Below, piece after piece: positions 1 through 8,296 of a DNA stretch of 64,000 nucleotides (position 1 is the stretch's first letter; every line of letters begins with the position of its first letter). The notes under the pieces are model-generated. The model did no database searches, was not told where the DNA came from, and worked only from the letters and a program-made list of their open reading frames with translations. Source of the DNA: an uncultured virus (IMG/VR IMGVR_UViG_3300011830_000001) (lineage: Duplodnaviria; Heunggongvirae; Uroviricota; Caudoviricetes); the IMG/VR virus record IMGVR_UViG_3300011830_000001, positions 1 through 64,000 of that record; one strand, 5' to 3'. The position numbers were made by a program, and so were the translations under genes.

Positions 1-6
1 AAGCAC

Positions 7-201
7 ATGACGCAGCAGGCCGCGCAGCAGGCGCACTACCGCTTACGCCATAACACCCTTGCGTTATGGCAGGCAGGTGAAACGGAATTGGAGACCAAAA
101 AATTTATGGAGCAATGGGACAAACAGAACCCCGTGCCAGCCGTCCAGACCGTAGAAGAGATCATTATTTCCCGCACGCCGGACATCGGAGAAGCCAAATG
201 A
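7..201 (+). CDS. hypothetical protein, possibly the 3' end of a gene starting before the window
   Basis: Stop overlaps the next start (ATGA at 198-201), typical of translational coupling. Confidence 0.5.
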   Translation: MTQQAAQQAHYRLRHNTLALWQAGETELETKKFMEQWDKQNPVPAVQTVEEIIISRTPDIGEAK

Positions 202-590
202 CTGATAACTGCCGCGAGCTACCGCTCGACGAATTCCGCGCTGAGATCAAAGCGCAGGGCTTAGAGCCGCTGGATTACGCCTTTATCTGCCCGGCCTGCA
301 ACACCATCCAGAGCGCCCGCTGGCTTATTGCCGCAGGCGCTGGCGCAGATTTTGATGAGGTACAGGGCACGCTGGGCTTTTCCTGTGTCGGTCGCTTTAC
401 TGGCGCTGGTGGTGATAAGCGCGAAGAGGGCAAGGGCTGTAACTGGACGCTGGGCGGCTTATTCCAGATCCACAAGCTCACCGTCGTGACGCCGGAAGGC
501 CAGAAGCACCCGCATTTTGAGGTGGCCTCACCTGCGCAGGCTAAAGCGCTGCGTGATGTGCTGCTAACCGAGCAGGATCTGGCCCTGTGA
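198..590 (+). CDS. Cys-rich phage protein (VVA0879-like)
   Basis: ATG 198 with GGAG upstream; motifs FICPACNTIQS, GFSCVGRF, GCNWTLGGLF. Confidence 0.7.
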   Translation: MTDNCRELPLDEFRAEIKAQGLEPLDYAFICPACNTIQSARWLIAAGAGADFDEVQGTLGFSCVGRFTGAGGDKREEGKGCNWTLGGLFQIHKLTVVTPEGQKHPHFEVASPAQAKALRDVLLTEQDLAL

Positions 591-976
591 AGTTCAAGAA
601 GCTCACTGCGAAGGAGAAGCACAAACTCCGCCGTAAGGCCATCGAGGCGCTCAAGGATGAGAATTACGGCGATGACGGTGACGGTTTTTTCCATGAGCAC
701 GCCACCGCGCAGGCGGTGATCGCGCTGCTGGACGAGATTGCCGATCTGAAAGCGGAACGCGCCCACCTGCAAACGGGCGTCGGCATACTCACAGGCCAGT
801 TTGACGAGCTAGCCGCCGCGATGGGTTGGACGACTGAGATCGCCCTCAAAGAAGGCCTGAGCCAGCGCGAATATGCGCTACGCCTGAACGCGCTGGCCCG
901 CACCAAACCGAACTGGAGACAAAATGACTGGCTTCACCACACAACAGCTGCTGGAGCGTGCAGAGGAAAACGTTAA
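587..976 (+). CDS. Ead/Ea22-like phage protein
   Basis: Coupled GTGA overlap; ATAQAVIALLDEI motif followed by a coiled coil. Confidence 0.55.
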   Translation: MKFKKLTAKEKHKLRRKAIEALKDENYGDDGDGFFHEHATAQAVIALLDEIADLKAERAHLQTGVGILTGQFDELAAAMGWTTEIALKEGLSQREYALRLNALARTKPNWRQNDWLHHTTAAGACRGKR

Positions 977-1367
977 GGCGCTCCGGCTTGCATCCCGTCA
1001 GCACGCTTTCAGTAATGTCCGCCCGGCGATAGAGACTGATCTGCGTCTGGCAGAAATCGCGCTGGAGCGCCTGCGGTATGAAGCGCTGCGGGTATTACCA
1101 GAGTTTAATGCATGGTTTGAAAGCGTAATTCGCCCCGCAATGCTGGTTAACGGAATAAAGCCCGCAGAACAGCAAATGGCTTACGGCACCGCAGAGCTTA
1201 CATGGGTAGCCTGCGCCGCCATGTACCATCAAGCACCAACAGCGCCGGAAGCGGTTACTGTCACCTGCAAATATTGCGGCGGCTCGGGCTATTTCCGCTG
1301 GCAAGAGACTTACGATCAAATGCCCTGCCCCTGTAGGGGCTGTACTCAGCCGAAGGGAAACCTATGA
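924..1367 (+). CDS. phage accessory protein with C-terminal CxxCxGxG zinc finger
   Basis: GGAG RBS; CKYCGGSG...CPCRGC. Confidence 0.65.
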   Translation: MTGFTTQQLLERAEENVKALRLASRQHAFSNVRPAIETDLRLAEIALERLRYEALRVLPEFNAWFESVIRPAMLVNGIKPAEQQMAYGTAELTWVACAAMYHQAPTAPEAVTVTCKYCGGSGYFRWQETYDQMPCPCRGCTQPKGNL

Positions 1368-1687
1368 GCGAAGCAATCAAACCGATGTTTTACATTAACG
1401 GCGAAGCCGCGAAGCGCCTCATCAAGGGTGAGAGCCGCTTTGCCAATGCCACTCTGGAGCCGAAGAAGGGGCCAGCCTTGCCACTGTACATCGATCCGCC
1501 GGAACGTCTCCGGGTGATCGATGCGGCCCGTAAGCTGGTGGCGATGTATCTAATGAACCCTGGCACGGATAGCGAATTTATCGCGTGTAAAACGCCGTCT
1601 AAGACGACGAAGGGCACCGGGGGCTGCTGGGATACCTGGACAGAGCTTAACGCGGCGCTGAGCGAGCTGGAGTTACGCAAGCCGTGA
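1364..1687 (+). CDS. hypothetical protein
   Basis: Coupled ATGA and GTGA overlaps with neighbours. Confidence 0.65.
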   Translation: MSEAIKPMFYINGEAAKRLIKGESRFANATLEPKKGPALPLYIDPPERLRVIDAARKLVAMYLMNPGTDSEFIACKTPSKTTKGTGGCWDTWTELNAALSELELRKP

Positions 1688-1947
1688 TATCAACAGAGGC
1701 ATACAGGCCCAAAATCTACAGATTTGGCGGCACCTGGTTTTGTCAGGCACCGGGTTTTCTTGGAGCTGGTGCAACACCTCGGGCAGCATGGGAAGCGATG
1801 CACGATCAATGGCGGCTGGATGATATTTTTTCTGAGCTGACCGCCCGGCAGCGTTTTTTTATTCGCACTTTATGGCTGCGGCAATTGGCTCGCCTGAGTG
1901 AAGGCCATAGCCTGACCATACAAAAAATTCTAAAAGGAGTGGCATGA
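1684..1947 (+). CDS. hypothetical protein
   Basis: Coupled overlaps on both sides. Confidence 0.55.
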   Translation: MISTEAYRPKIYRFGGTWFCQAPGFLGAGATPRAAWEAMHDQWRLDDIFSELTARQRFFIRTLWLRQLARLSEGHSLTIQKILKGVA

Positions 1948-2129
1948 CCTTCCACCAGCGCAAGGCGCATCGAACAGAGTGGTATTTCCGTTTCGAGTAT
2001 GGGTGGCGCTTAAGGCGCTGCTCATCCTGCAACGGCTCCGGTCGCTACGACCACAATGGGTCTCCCCCCTGCGGCGCGTGTGATGGCACGGGGAAAGAAC
2101 GGTATAAACATCAACGAGAGCAAGATTAG
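1944..2129 (+). CDS. small DnaJ-type zinc-finger protein
   Basis: AAGGAG RBS; CSSCNGSG...CGACDGTG. Confidence 0.65.
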   Translation: MTFHQRKAHRTEWYFRFEYGWRLRRCSSCNGSGRYDHNGSPPCGACDGTGKERYKHQREQD

Positions 2130-2131
2130 AA

Positions 2132-2953
2132 ATGAGCCTGTTTCAGTGTGAAGTTTGCGGGTGCTGTGAGAACACCGCCTACAGTAGTCAGGGCTTCGCG
2201 CCACTCAAAGAGAGCTTTAATTGGGATTACGCCCCTATGCGCTGCGGCATGAAACTTTGCAGCGCCTGTGGCCCGGCGCGTTACATCACCGGGAACCCGA
2301 CCGAGACCGCCGGGAAATGGCACGGCAGGTTTGAGCGGGTATTCCTGCCGCGTGGGGCGTTTATCACGAACAGGCTCGGCAACCTTGAGCACCGGATCAC
2401 CGGGAGCGTGGATTACCGCGCCTACGCCGTGGAACCGTACATACCGCCGCGAGGCTGGTGTCTGGTACCCGCACACCCTGATTATTTGCATTTAGAGTCG
2501 GTGGCGCGACGACTCCGCCCCGATTTTGACACTATGCCCCATCCGGAACAGATAGCGCTCCTGAACGAGATCCGCACGCTATACGAGGAAACCACCGGGC
2601 AGGGCCAGTATCAGGTAACGCCGCCGCTGGTTACTGAGGTGGAGTTTCCGACCGTGCCCGCAACAGACGTCGAACCGCACCCCAGCGCGGCGCGTGTCCC
2701 GCCTCACCGCTTCACGGAGGCGGTAAACGATATCATGGTGGCAGTACGCCGTTACGGGTCAGCACAGCAGTTGAGAGCGCGGCTGGTGGATGCCCTTAAG
2801 GTAATAGCAATACCTGACCACGCCCATTTGCGCTCTAAACCCGATGCTTATTTAGACTTGGTAGGTAATGCCATGAGCGTCACCGACTTCGACTCTGAGG
2901 AAGAATTCAGGGAAATCGCTAAGCAGGAAGGCTGGACGCCGCTCTACCGCTAA
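2132..2953 (+). CDS. multi-domain phage protein with N-terminal Cys-rich domain
   Basis: MSLFQCEVCGCCENTA...LCSACGP...GKWHGRF; last gene of the operon, followed by a hairpin near 2962-2990. Confidence 0.7.
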   Translation: MSLFQCEVCGCCENTAYSSQGFAPLKESFNWDYAPMRCGMKLCSACGPARYITGNPTETAGKWHGRFERVFLPRGAFITNRLGNLEHRITGSVDYRAYAVEPYIPPRGWCLVPAHPDYLHLESVARRLRPDFDTMPHPEQIALLNEIRTLYEETTGQGQYQVTPPLVTEVEFPTVPATDVEPHPSAARVPPHRFTEAVNDIMVAVRRYGSAQQLRARLVDALKVIAIPDHAHLRSKPDAYLDLVGNAMSVTDFDSEEEFREIAKQEGWTPLYR

Positions 2954-3141
2954 TCCTCGCGCTGGCCTTCTGTGAAAACAGTGGGCCAGCCATTGAACCG
3001 CTCAAACACACCTTCAACAGAATAAACCACCGCGAAAAAGGCATGGCCAGCCACGGCGCCTGGAATAATATATCGTTAGCTATTGGCCTTCAAAGAATAA
3101 AACACCACCTTGCAGCTATACGTTACCACGCCGTATTGTCA

Positions 3142-3191
3142 TTGATTGTGGTATCACACACTGATACTATGGCGGTATCACAAATTGATAC
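3142..3191 (+). promoter_or_regulatory. hicAB sigma70 promoter with two GTATCA-N5-TGATAC operators
   Basis: TTGATT (3142-3147), 17 bp, TACTAT (3165-3170); palindromes at 3151-3167 and 3175-3191. Confidence 0.8.
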
Positions 3192-3200
3192 TAAGATGAT

Positions 3201-3455
3201 ATGAAGAGACAACACCAAAAGACGCTGGAAGCGATTTACCGCCGTCCTGTTTCATCCGGTATTGAATGGCGTGATTTTGTGGCCCTGATGACAGGGTTAG
3301 GCGCTACGATGAATGAGGCCGAAGGTTCTCGCGTCCGGTTCGTGCTCAACGGTGAATCCCGTGTTTATCACCGTCCACACCCAAAGAGCACAATGGATAA
3401 AGGCGCGGTTAACTCAACGCGTATCTGGTTAGAGAGTATGGGAGTTAAACCATGA
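3201..3455 (+). CDS. hicA: HicA family toxin (mRNA interferase)
   Basis: 84 aa; EGSRVRF...HRPHP motif; upstream of hicB. Confidence 0.92.
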   Translation: MKRQHQKTLEAIYRRPVSSGIEWRDFVALMTGLGATMNEAEGSRVRFVLNGESRVYHRPHPKSTMDKGAVNSTRIWLESMGVKP

Positions 3456-3796
3456 ACAATATTATGAAGATTAATGGTCACACGGCGGTAATTTCGTTTG
3501 ATCCGGACATTGAAATGTTTCGCGGGGAGTTTATAGGCCTGAACGGCGGCGCGGACTTTTACGCTTACAGCGTGGCTGACCTGAAAAAAGAGGGGGAGAT
3601 CTCTTTGCGTGTCTTCCTTGAGGGTTGTGAAAAAGACGGGCTGGAGCCGTACAAGAGCTACAGCGGGAAGATTTCAGCCCGCCTTACGCCTGATGATCAT
3701 GCCGCGCTGGAGCGTATTTCTCTGGCTAGCGGCGAAAGTATCAACCAGCTGTTAAACGATGGCGTCAGGCTGGTGATCGCTCAACACGCGGAATAG
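3452..3796 (+). CDS. hicB: HicB family antitoxin
   Basis: FDPDIEMFRGEFIGLNGGADFYA; C-terminal RHH YSGKISARL...SINQL. Confidence 0.92.
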   Translation: MNNIMKINGHTAVISFDPDIEMFRGEFIGLNGGADFYAYSVADLKKEGEISLRVFLEGCEKDGLEPYKSYSGKISARLTPDDHAALERISLASGESINQLLNDGVRLVIAQHAE

Positions 3797-3805
3797 GGAT
3801 ATGCA

Positions 3806-4087
3806 ATGACTGGAGAAAGTGAAGACCAGGCACGTTTCTTTGAGCTGGTGGCAGGTTATCCGGAGATCGCCTGCTATTGGGACAGACCTACGCGTCAATG
3901 CCGTGTAGAAGCCCTGAAAGCAGATTTAGAGGTCATGAGCCACGGCGAAAAGGTACTCGCTAAGTTCTTTCTGGCTATCTGGCTGCACCGGAACGGGGAT
4001 TTCGACCTGATCGAGGCGGCTAAGGTGCTGGACTGGCGGGGCCGGATATTGGTTGCAGGCTGGCTGGCGGAGCCATTCTGGCCCTGA
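3806..4087 (+). CDS. hypothetical protein
   Basis: 93 aa ORF co-oriented with hicAB; ends WLAEPFWP. Confidence 0.7.
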   Translation: MTGESEDQARFFELVAGYPEIACYWDRPTRQCRVEALKADLEVMSHGEKVLAKFFLAIWLHRNGDFDLIEAAKVLDWRGRILVAGWLAEPFWP

Positions 4088-4099
4088 TTTGGAGGCACT

Positions 4100-4459
4100 T
4101 TGAAAAACAATCCCACGCTGGTGGATCGCCTTGAGGAACTGAACAGCCGGGGGATCCGGAAATCGGATATGGCCCGTATTGCTGGTATTACTCCGCAGGC
4201 TGTTAATGGCTGGTACAGGCAGGGAGCTATCAGCAAAAAATCGGCCCTGGCGCTTTGCGAGGTGGCAGGTGTATCGATGCAGTGGCTGATGGGTATCGAG
4301 GAAGAAGAACGCGGAGGCCTGACGGCGAGCGAAAGTAACCTGCTGGGGCTTTACCGTCAAATGCCGGAGAATGAGCGAGAGAAGATGCTCCGGTTAGTCT
4401 CCCGGCGCGTTGAAGAGTTGGCTAGTGATGACCTCTACAGCCGTTACTTTGAGAAATGA
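4100..4459 (+). CDS. XRE/Cro-C1-type HTH transcriptional regulator
   Basis: GGAGG RBS with TTG start; KSDMARIAGITPQAVNGW HTH; GVSMQWLMG. Confidence 0.85.
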   Translation: MKNNPTLVDRLEELNSRGIRKSDMARIAGITPQAVNGWYRQGAISKKSALALCEVAGVSMQWLMGIEEEERGGLTASESNLLGLYRQMPENEREKMLRLVSRRVEELASDDLYSRYFEK

Positions 4460-4464
4460 CAGGC

Positions 4465-4491
4465 AAAAAAAAAGGCGCAGCGAGTGCGCCT
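4465..4491 (-). terminator. intrinsic terminator on the minus strand
   Basis: AGGCGCA/TGCGCCT stem preceded by A9 on the + strand, giving U9 on the minus strand. Confidence 0.75.
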
Positions 4492-4698
4492 AAGACGGAG
4501 TTTGAGAGTCTTGTTATTGTACTTTTACTTACTGAGCGAAGACATTCCTACCACGAGAAAACTAGGCCAGTCACGCAAATTATCGTTAGTTTGAAAAAAG
4601 ATTTAGATTTTTTTGCCTGTTTGGTCAATAAGTAGTTCCCCCATACGCTCTCGCACCTTAAAATGATTTAGATTTTTAAATTCATTCGGGGGCGACAG

Positions 4699-5070
4699 GT
4701 GAAAACCATTAGTAACATTGAAATTGCTGATGTTTTATTGAGGGCTGGAAAGCCTGTTACATTCAAAGAAATCGTTGTGCTGATGAACGAGCACCACCCC
4801 AATTTTGATATCAACACCGGATACATTCGCCAGCGCCTGGTTCTATTCGCCCGCTCCCGCAACTGCGTTTGCGTCATCGATAAAGACGCCCGCCCCGTGA
4901 CCTATCACATGCAGTCCATCTTTCAGGAGTTTTTCCGTGGGAGCCGTGACGGACGCGTGCGCGACTTCTCGCATACGATCATCCGCAAGAAAGCGCAGGA
5001 GACCGAGGGGAGTACATCGATACTACGCCGCTTATGGCCCGCCCGCCCATACGTTACCGCCAGCGCCTGA
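4699..5070 (+). CDS. lpa: late promoter activator Lpa
   Basis: Resembles P1 Lpa (EIAD...HP..D...RL....S.....ID...RP....S...EFFR.SR); upstream of pacA as in P1. Confidence 0.8.
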   Translation: MKTISNIEIADVLLRAGKPVTFKEIVVLMNEHHPNFDINTGYIRQRLVLFARSRNCVCVIDKDARPVTYHMQSIFQEFFRGSRDGRVRDFSHTIIRKKAQETEGSTSILRRLWPARPYVTASA

Positions 5071-5081
5071 ACGCCAGCCAC

Positions 5082-5110
5082 AAAAAAGCCCGCTTAATTG
5101 CGGGCTTTGT
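5082..5110. terminator. bidirectional intrinsic terminator
   Basis: AAAAAAGCCCGC-TTAATT-GCGGGCTTT between the convergent lpa and parR-like genes. Confidence 0.8.
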
Positions 5111-5113
5111 GCT

Positions 5114-5650
5114 TTATGGATTGGTCAGGTTTTTGATGCCCGGTATTTGGGGCTTCACTGCTGGCGCTCTCTCGACCGTTGCCGTATTCCCGTGCGGGTC
5201 GATGCTGGTCACGCTGTCACCTGGTAACGCTGGTGGCGTTTCTGGCGCGTTTTCCGGCTCAGCTGGCTCGTTTTGGGCCGCTGGTGGCTGATTCTGGTCA
5301 GCTTTTACGGTTTCCCGGTTCGCTGGTGGGGTCACAGCCTGCGCCTGCGCCATCAGGTGAGCCGGAGGCGGTACATCCGACCCAAACCCCAGCAACATGC
5401 CAACGGCGCTTATCAGCGTGCTCTGGCGCTCTGAAACGCTGCTATTGGCCCAGCGCTCACTATCCAGCAGATTAGCCAGACCGGACAGCTCTGCTTCACG
5501 CATGAGCTGGCCCAGCATGATGACCTGCTGCGTCATGTGTCGGCGGTCTATGCGGCTGGTGACGCCCTCGCAGGCGTCAACAAACCGACCTCCGGCGCGG
5601 CTGGTCTGGCGCAGACCATTCGCATCGATGCGTAAATATTTTTCCGCCAT
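5114..5650 (-). CDS. putative ParR/StbB-type centromere-binding adaptor
   Basis: Starts 2 nt after the parM stop; RHH-like N-terminus (YLRID) and a Pro/Ala-rich disordered tail. Confidence 0.6.
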   Translation of the reverse strand: MAEKYLRIDANGLRQTSRAGGRFVDACEGVTSRIDRRHMTQQVIMLGQLMREAELSGLANLLDSERWANSSVSERQSTLISAVGMLLGFGSDVPPPAHLMAQAQAVTPPANRETVKADQNQPPAAQNEPAEPENAPETPPALPGDSVTSIDPHGNTATVERAPAVKPQIPGIKNLTNP

Positions 5651-5652
5651 AG

Positions 5653-6711
5653 TTACTCCGCCTGGCTCAGCATGATGAGGTGTACGCCGCGCACAATGGC
5701 CTTCTCCGGCTCGTCTGGCACGACGTGGTGAACTTTGCCCGTGGTAATGCAGGATTTGATATGAGGCAGCTTGCCGCCGATGTAGTTCGCGCCGCCGCCA
5801 ATGAACAGCACAACGTCAATGCCGGACAGGCTGCGGGAGGTTTCGCGGATATCAGCGTTGATGATCTGCCAAAATTCCTCTGCGGCCTGCTGGATAAGCG
5901 AAGTAATGTCGGTGCGCAGGTGCTCCAGCCCTTGCAGGGAGGAACCGAGGTACCCACGGCGGATAGCCATGTCGATATCTTCCAGCGAGTATTCGGCTGT
6001 TTCTTCGAGACCGAGCTTAGCCTCGTTTTCCTGAATCAGGGTATGCAGGCGCTCCAGCATGACGCGGGTACCGTTCTCTGAGGTACGGCGCTGCGGGATC
6101 TGGTACTCCTTGTTCACGACAGCGATATCACAGGTGAAACGACCGATATCAACGATCATCACCATGTTGGCGTTGCTGAACATCGGCACGGGCTGATAGG
6201 CGGCGTCCATGCTGGCGCTGGTGAAGGCCGGGATGGCCTCCGGATAGACCTGCACGTCTACGATGACAGGCATATCGTATTTGCCCGCGTAGTTGCGCAC
6301 AGGCTTGCGCAGGCTGGCCTTTTTGGCCTCAACGCGTGCCGTGTTGATGCTGCGGTTAGCGTGAAAATACTGGTTAACGGGCAGGGTGTCCGCAAGGATG
6401 ATCTCCCGACCGCCGAGGCCGGATTGTGCCAGCGCATTCATGACCAGCACACGGTGTGCTGCGCTCACCTGATAATGCGGATCACAGGTATTCACAAAGC
6501 GCCCACCGCCGTAGGTCACGGAATAGGTTTCGTCCTTGCCATCTTCACCCGCAGTGATCCACGTAGTGTCTGACTCGACAGCGCCAGTCTGTAGGTTTCC
6601 TTCGACTACCAGCGAGCGGTAGAGGAAGGTTTTAACGGCTCCGGTATCGTCGTTGTAACGTACTGCCACATTGCCACTACCAGCGTCCACTGCTACTAAA
6701 ATCGGTTTCAT
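5653..6711 (-). CDS. parM: ParM/StbA family actin-like partition ATPase
   Basis: Actin-fold motifs VAVDAGSGNV, VYPEA, IVDIGRFTCD, FIGGGA, PEKAIVRG. Confidence 0.9.
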   Translation of the reverse strand: MKPILVAVDAGSGNVAVRYNDDTGAVKTFLYRSLVVEGNLQTGAVESDTTWITAGEDGKDETYSVTYGGGRFVNTCDPHYQVSAAHRVLVMNALAQSGLGGREIILADTLPVNQYFHANRSINTARVEAKKASLRKPVRNYAGKYDMPVIVDVQVYPEAIPAFTSASMDAAYQPVPMFSNANMVMIVDIGRFTCDIAVVNKEYQIPQRRTSENGTRVMLERLHTLIQENEAKLGLEETAEYSLEDIDMAIRRGYLGSSLQGLEHLRTDITSLIQQAAEEFWQIINADIRETSRSLSGIDVVLFIGGGANYIGGKLPHIKSCITTGKVHHVVPDEPEKAIVRGVHLIMLSQAE

Positions 6712-6767
6712 GTTTTTCCCCAGGTTGATGAATTGTCAGTAATTCCGCGTCTATTGTAGCGCTAAAA

Positions 6768-6832
6768 GTCAGTTAATTAAAAGTAGGAATCAATTAGAAA
6801 TCTAATAAGTGTCATTTAAGTGACAATTAACA
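6768..6832. repeat. 11-bp degenerate direct repeats upstream of parM (parC-like)
   Basis: ATCAATTAGAA|ATCTAATAAGT|GTCATTTAAGT|GACAATTAACA at 6789-6832, plus GTCAGTTAATT at 6768. Confidence 0.55.
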
Positions 6833-6845
6833 CACTTTCCGACCG

Positions 6846-6909
6846 GATCACTTCTGCAAAAAGTCGCATAAATAAAATTGATCCAAAAAATATGATCCGA
6901 AAAGTGATC
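6846..6909. other. GATC cluster, candidate pac site
   Basis: GATC at 6846, 6880, 6894 and 6906 in A-tract DNA just upstream of pacA, with two more at 7118 and 7123; P1 pac is a cluster of Dam sites at the 5' end of pacA. Confidence 0.5.
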
Positions 6910-6961
6910 TCGCTCGGTATCATATGAAAATCGTTTAGATTTTTAATGTCGGCGTTTATCG

Positions 6962-8296
6962 ATGGATTGGCGAAAACTCTTCAAACTATTCAATGAGTTA
7001 AAATCAAAGCAAAAACTTTCCGTATCTGAGTTTGCAGGGGATGCCATACTTAATGAAACAGGCCATATCCTCAACGAGAACACACTACGTAAGCATTTTG
7101 CATACCTGAAAAAGAATGATCCGATCTTCGCCAAAGAGGCCGTAGCGGCCCGCACAGGAAGCGAGGGAAAGACCACAGGTAAAACACCGACAAAACGCGG
7201 CAGAAAGCCCGCCGTAGCGGCCTCAAGCGAGGGTGCCACCAAAAAGGCTGGCGGGGAGAAAGCCAAAAAGACAGCGAGACGTACACCATCCAAAGCGCCC
7301 ACGCGGGGCAAGAAAGAAGAGGGATCGGATCAATCGGCCCCGTCTAACGTCATCACCATGACGCCGCTGGCAGGCGTCCGGGCCAAGCATAAAAATCCCA
7401 CCGAGAGGACGGCGGCACCGTCAGAAAAAGTTGTCCCTCGGGGCAGGCCAGCCACTACCGGAGTGGATGCCTCCATCACGACAGCAGGCATCGAAGAGGC
7501 AAAGCAGCGGGTTGTTCCCTTCATGGCGAATGCCAATGTTGAGGTATCTGCCCGACTGCTGGCCCACCTCTCGCTGCTGGAGACAACGCAGGCCAACACC
7601 ATTAAGCGCATACAGCTGGTTGACCGGATCATGTGCGGGGAGATCACCCCCGAGGATGATGAATGGATAGACGTCACCAGCAGCGGCATAGCCAACCCTC
7701 TCCAGTCGCTTAACCAGTACGTCACCACCAGCACGGCAATGATCTCTGACCTGCTGATGAAGCTGCATAACATCGCCAGCCGGAACTTCGATGCTGGCCT
7801 GCGGCTGAACAAGGATGTTCGTGACGGGGAAGCCCATAAGGCGAAGCACAGCCCGCAGGTAGTCAAGGCGGCCTTTGAGCTGCGTAAGGCTAAGGGCTGG
7901 ACGGCAACGGAGACCGCAGAATGGATTGTTGAGCAGGGTGTAGAGATACCGCCGCTCATGTACGAGCTTATCAAACGCGAGGTAGCCGACGGGCAGACCC
8001 GCTCCTTTACCGATACCACCGAAGAGGCACCAGCACACATCCTGTCACCGGAGGAACTCCGCGCACGGTCACGCCTGCGCCGCGATGAACGCATGATCGA
8101 GCTGTTTAAGGCCGACCGCCGGGAGTTTGTAGCAGGCGTTGTTGACGCGGGTGGCTACGGCGATATCGACCTGTTAGGCCGTCACCGTGAGGGTGAGGGG
8201 GAAACCACCAGCACCGCAGAAGACGAGATTGATTGGGATTTGGCCCGCGAAATGTATGGCGAGGATTTTGTAGATGAGCAGCTCCAAAAAGAGTAG
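6962..8296 (+). CDS. pacA: terminase small subunit PacA
   Basis: N-terminal HTH (LNENTLRKH), basic linker and acidic C-terminus; overlaps pacB as in P1. Confidence 0.85.
   Translation: MDWRKLFKLFNELKSKQKLSVSEFAGDAILNETGHILNENTLRKHFAYLKKNDPIFAKEAVAARTGSEGKTTGKTPTKRGRKPAVAASSEGATKKAGGEKAKKTARRTPSKAPTRGKKEEGSDQSAPSNVITMTPLAGVRAKHKNPTERTAAPSEKVVPRGRPATTGVDASITTAGIEEAKQRVVPFMANANVEVSARLLAHLSLLETTQANTIKRIQLVDRIMCGEITPEDDEWIDVTSSGIANPLQSLNQYVTTSTAMISDLLMKLHNIASRNFDAGLRLNKDVRDGEAHKAKHSPQVVKAAFELRKAKGWTATETAEWIVEQGVEIPPLMYELIKREVADGQTRSFTDTTEEAPAHILSPEELRARSRLRRDERMIELFKADRREFVAGVVDAGGYGDIDLLGRHREGEGETTSTAEDEIDWDLAREMYGEDFVDEQLQKE

Noticed and set aside
4644..4656. TACGCTCTCGCAC resembling TACTCTCTCGCAC at 15863
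   Set aside because: It lacks the upstream YTAATAAAC element at the right spacing, so it is not called a late promoter.
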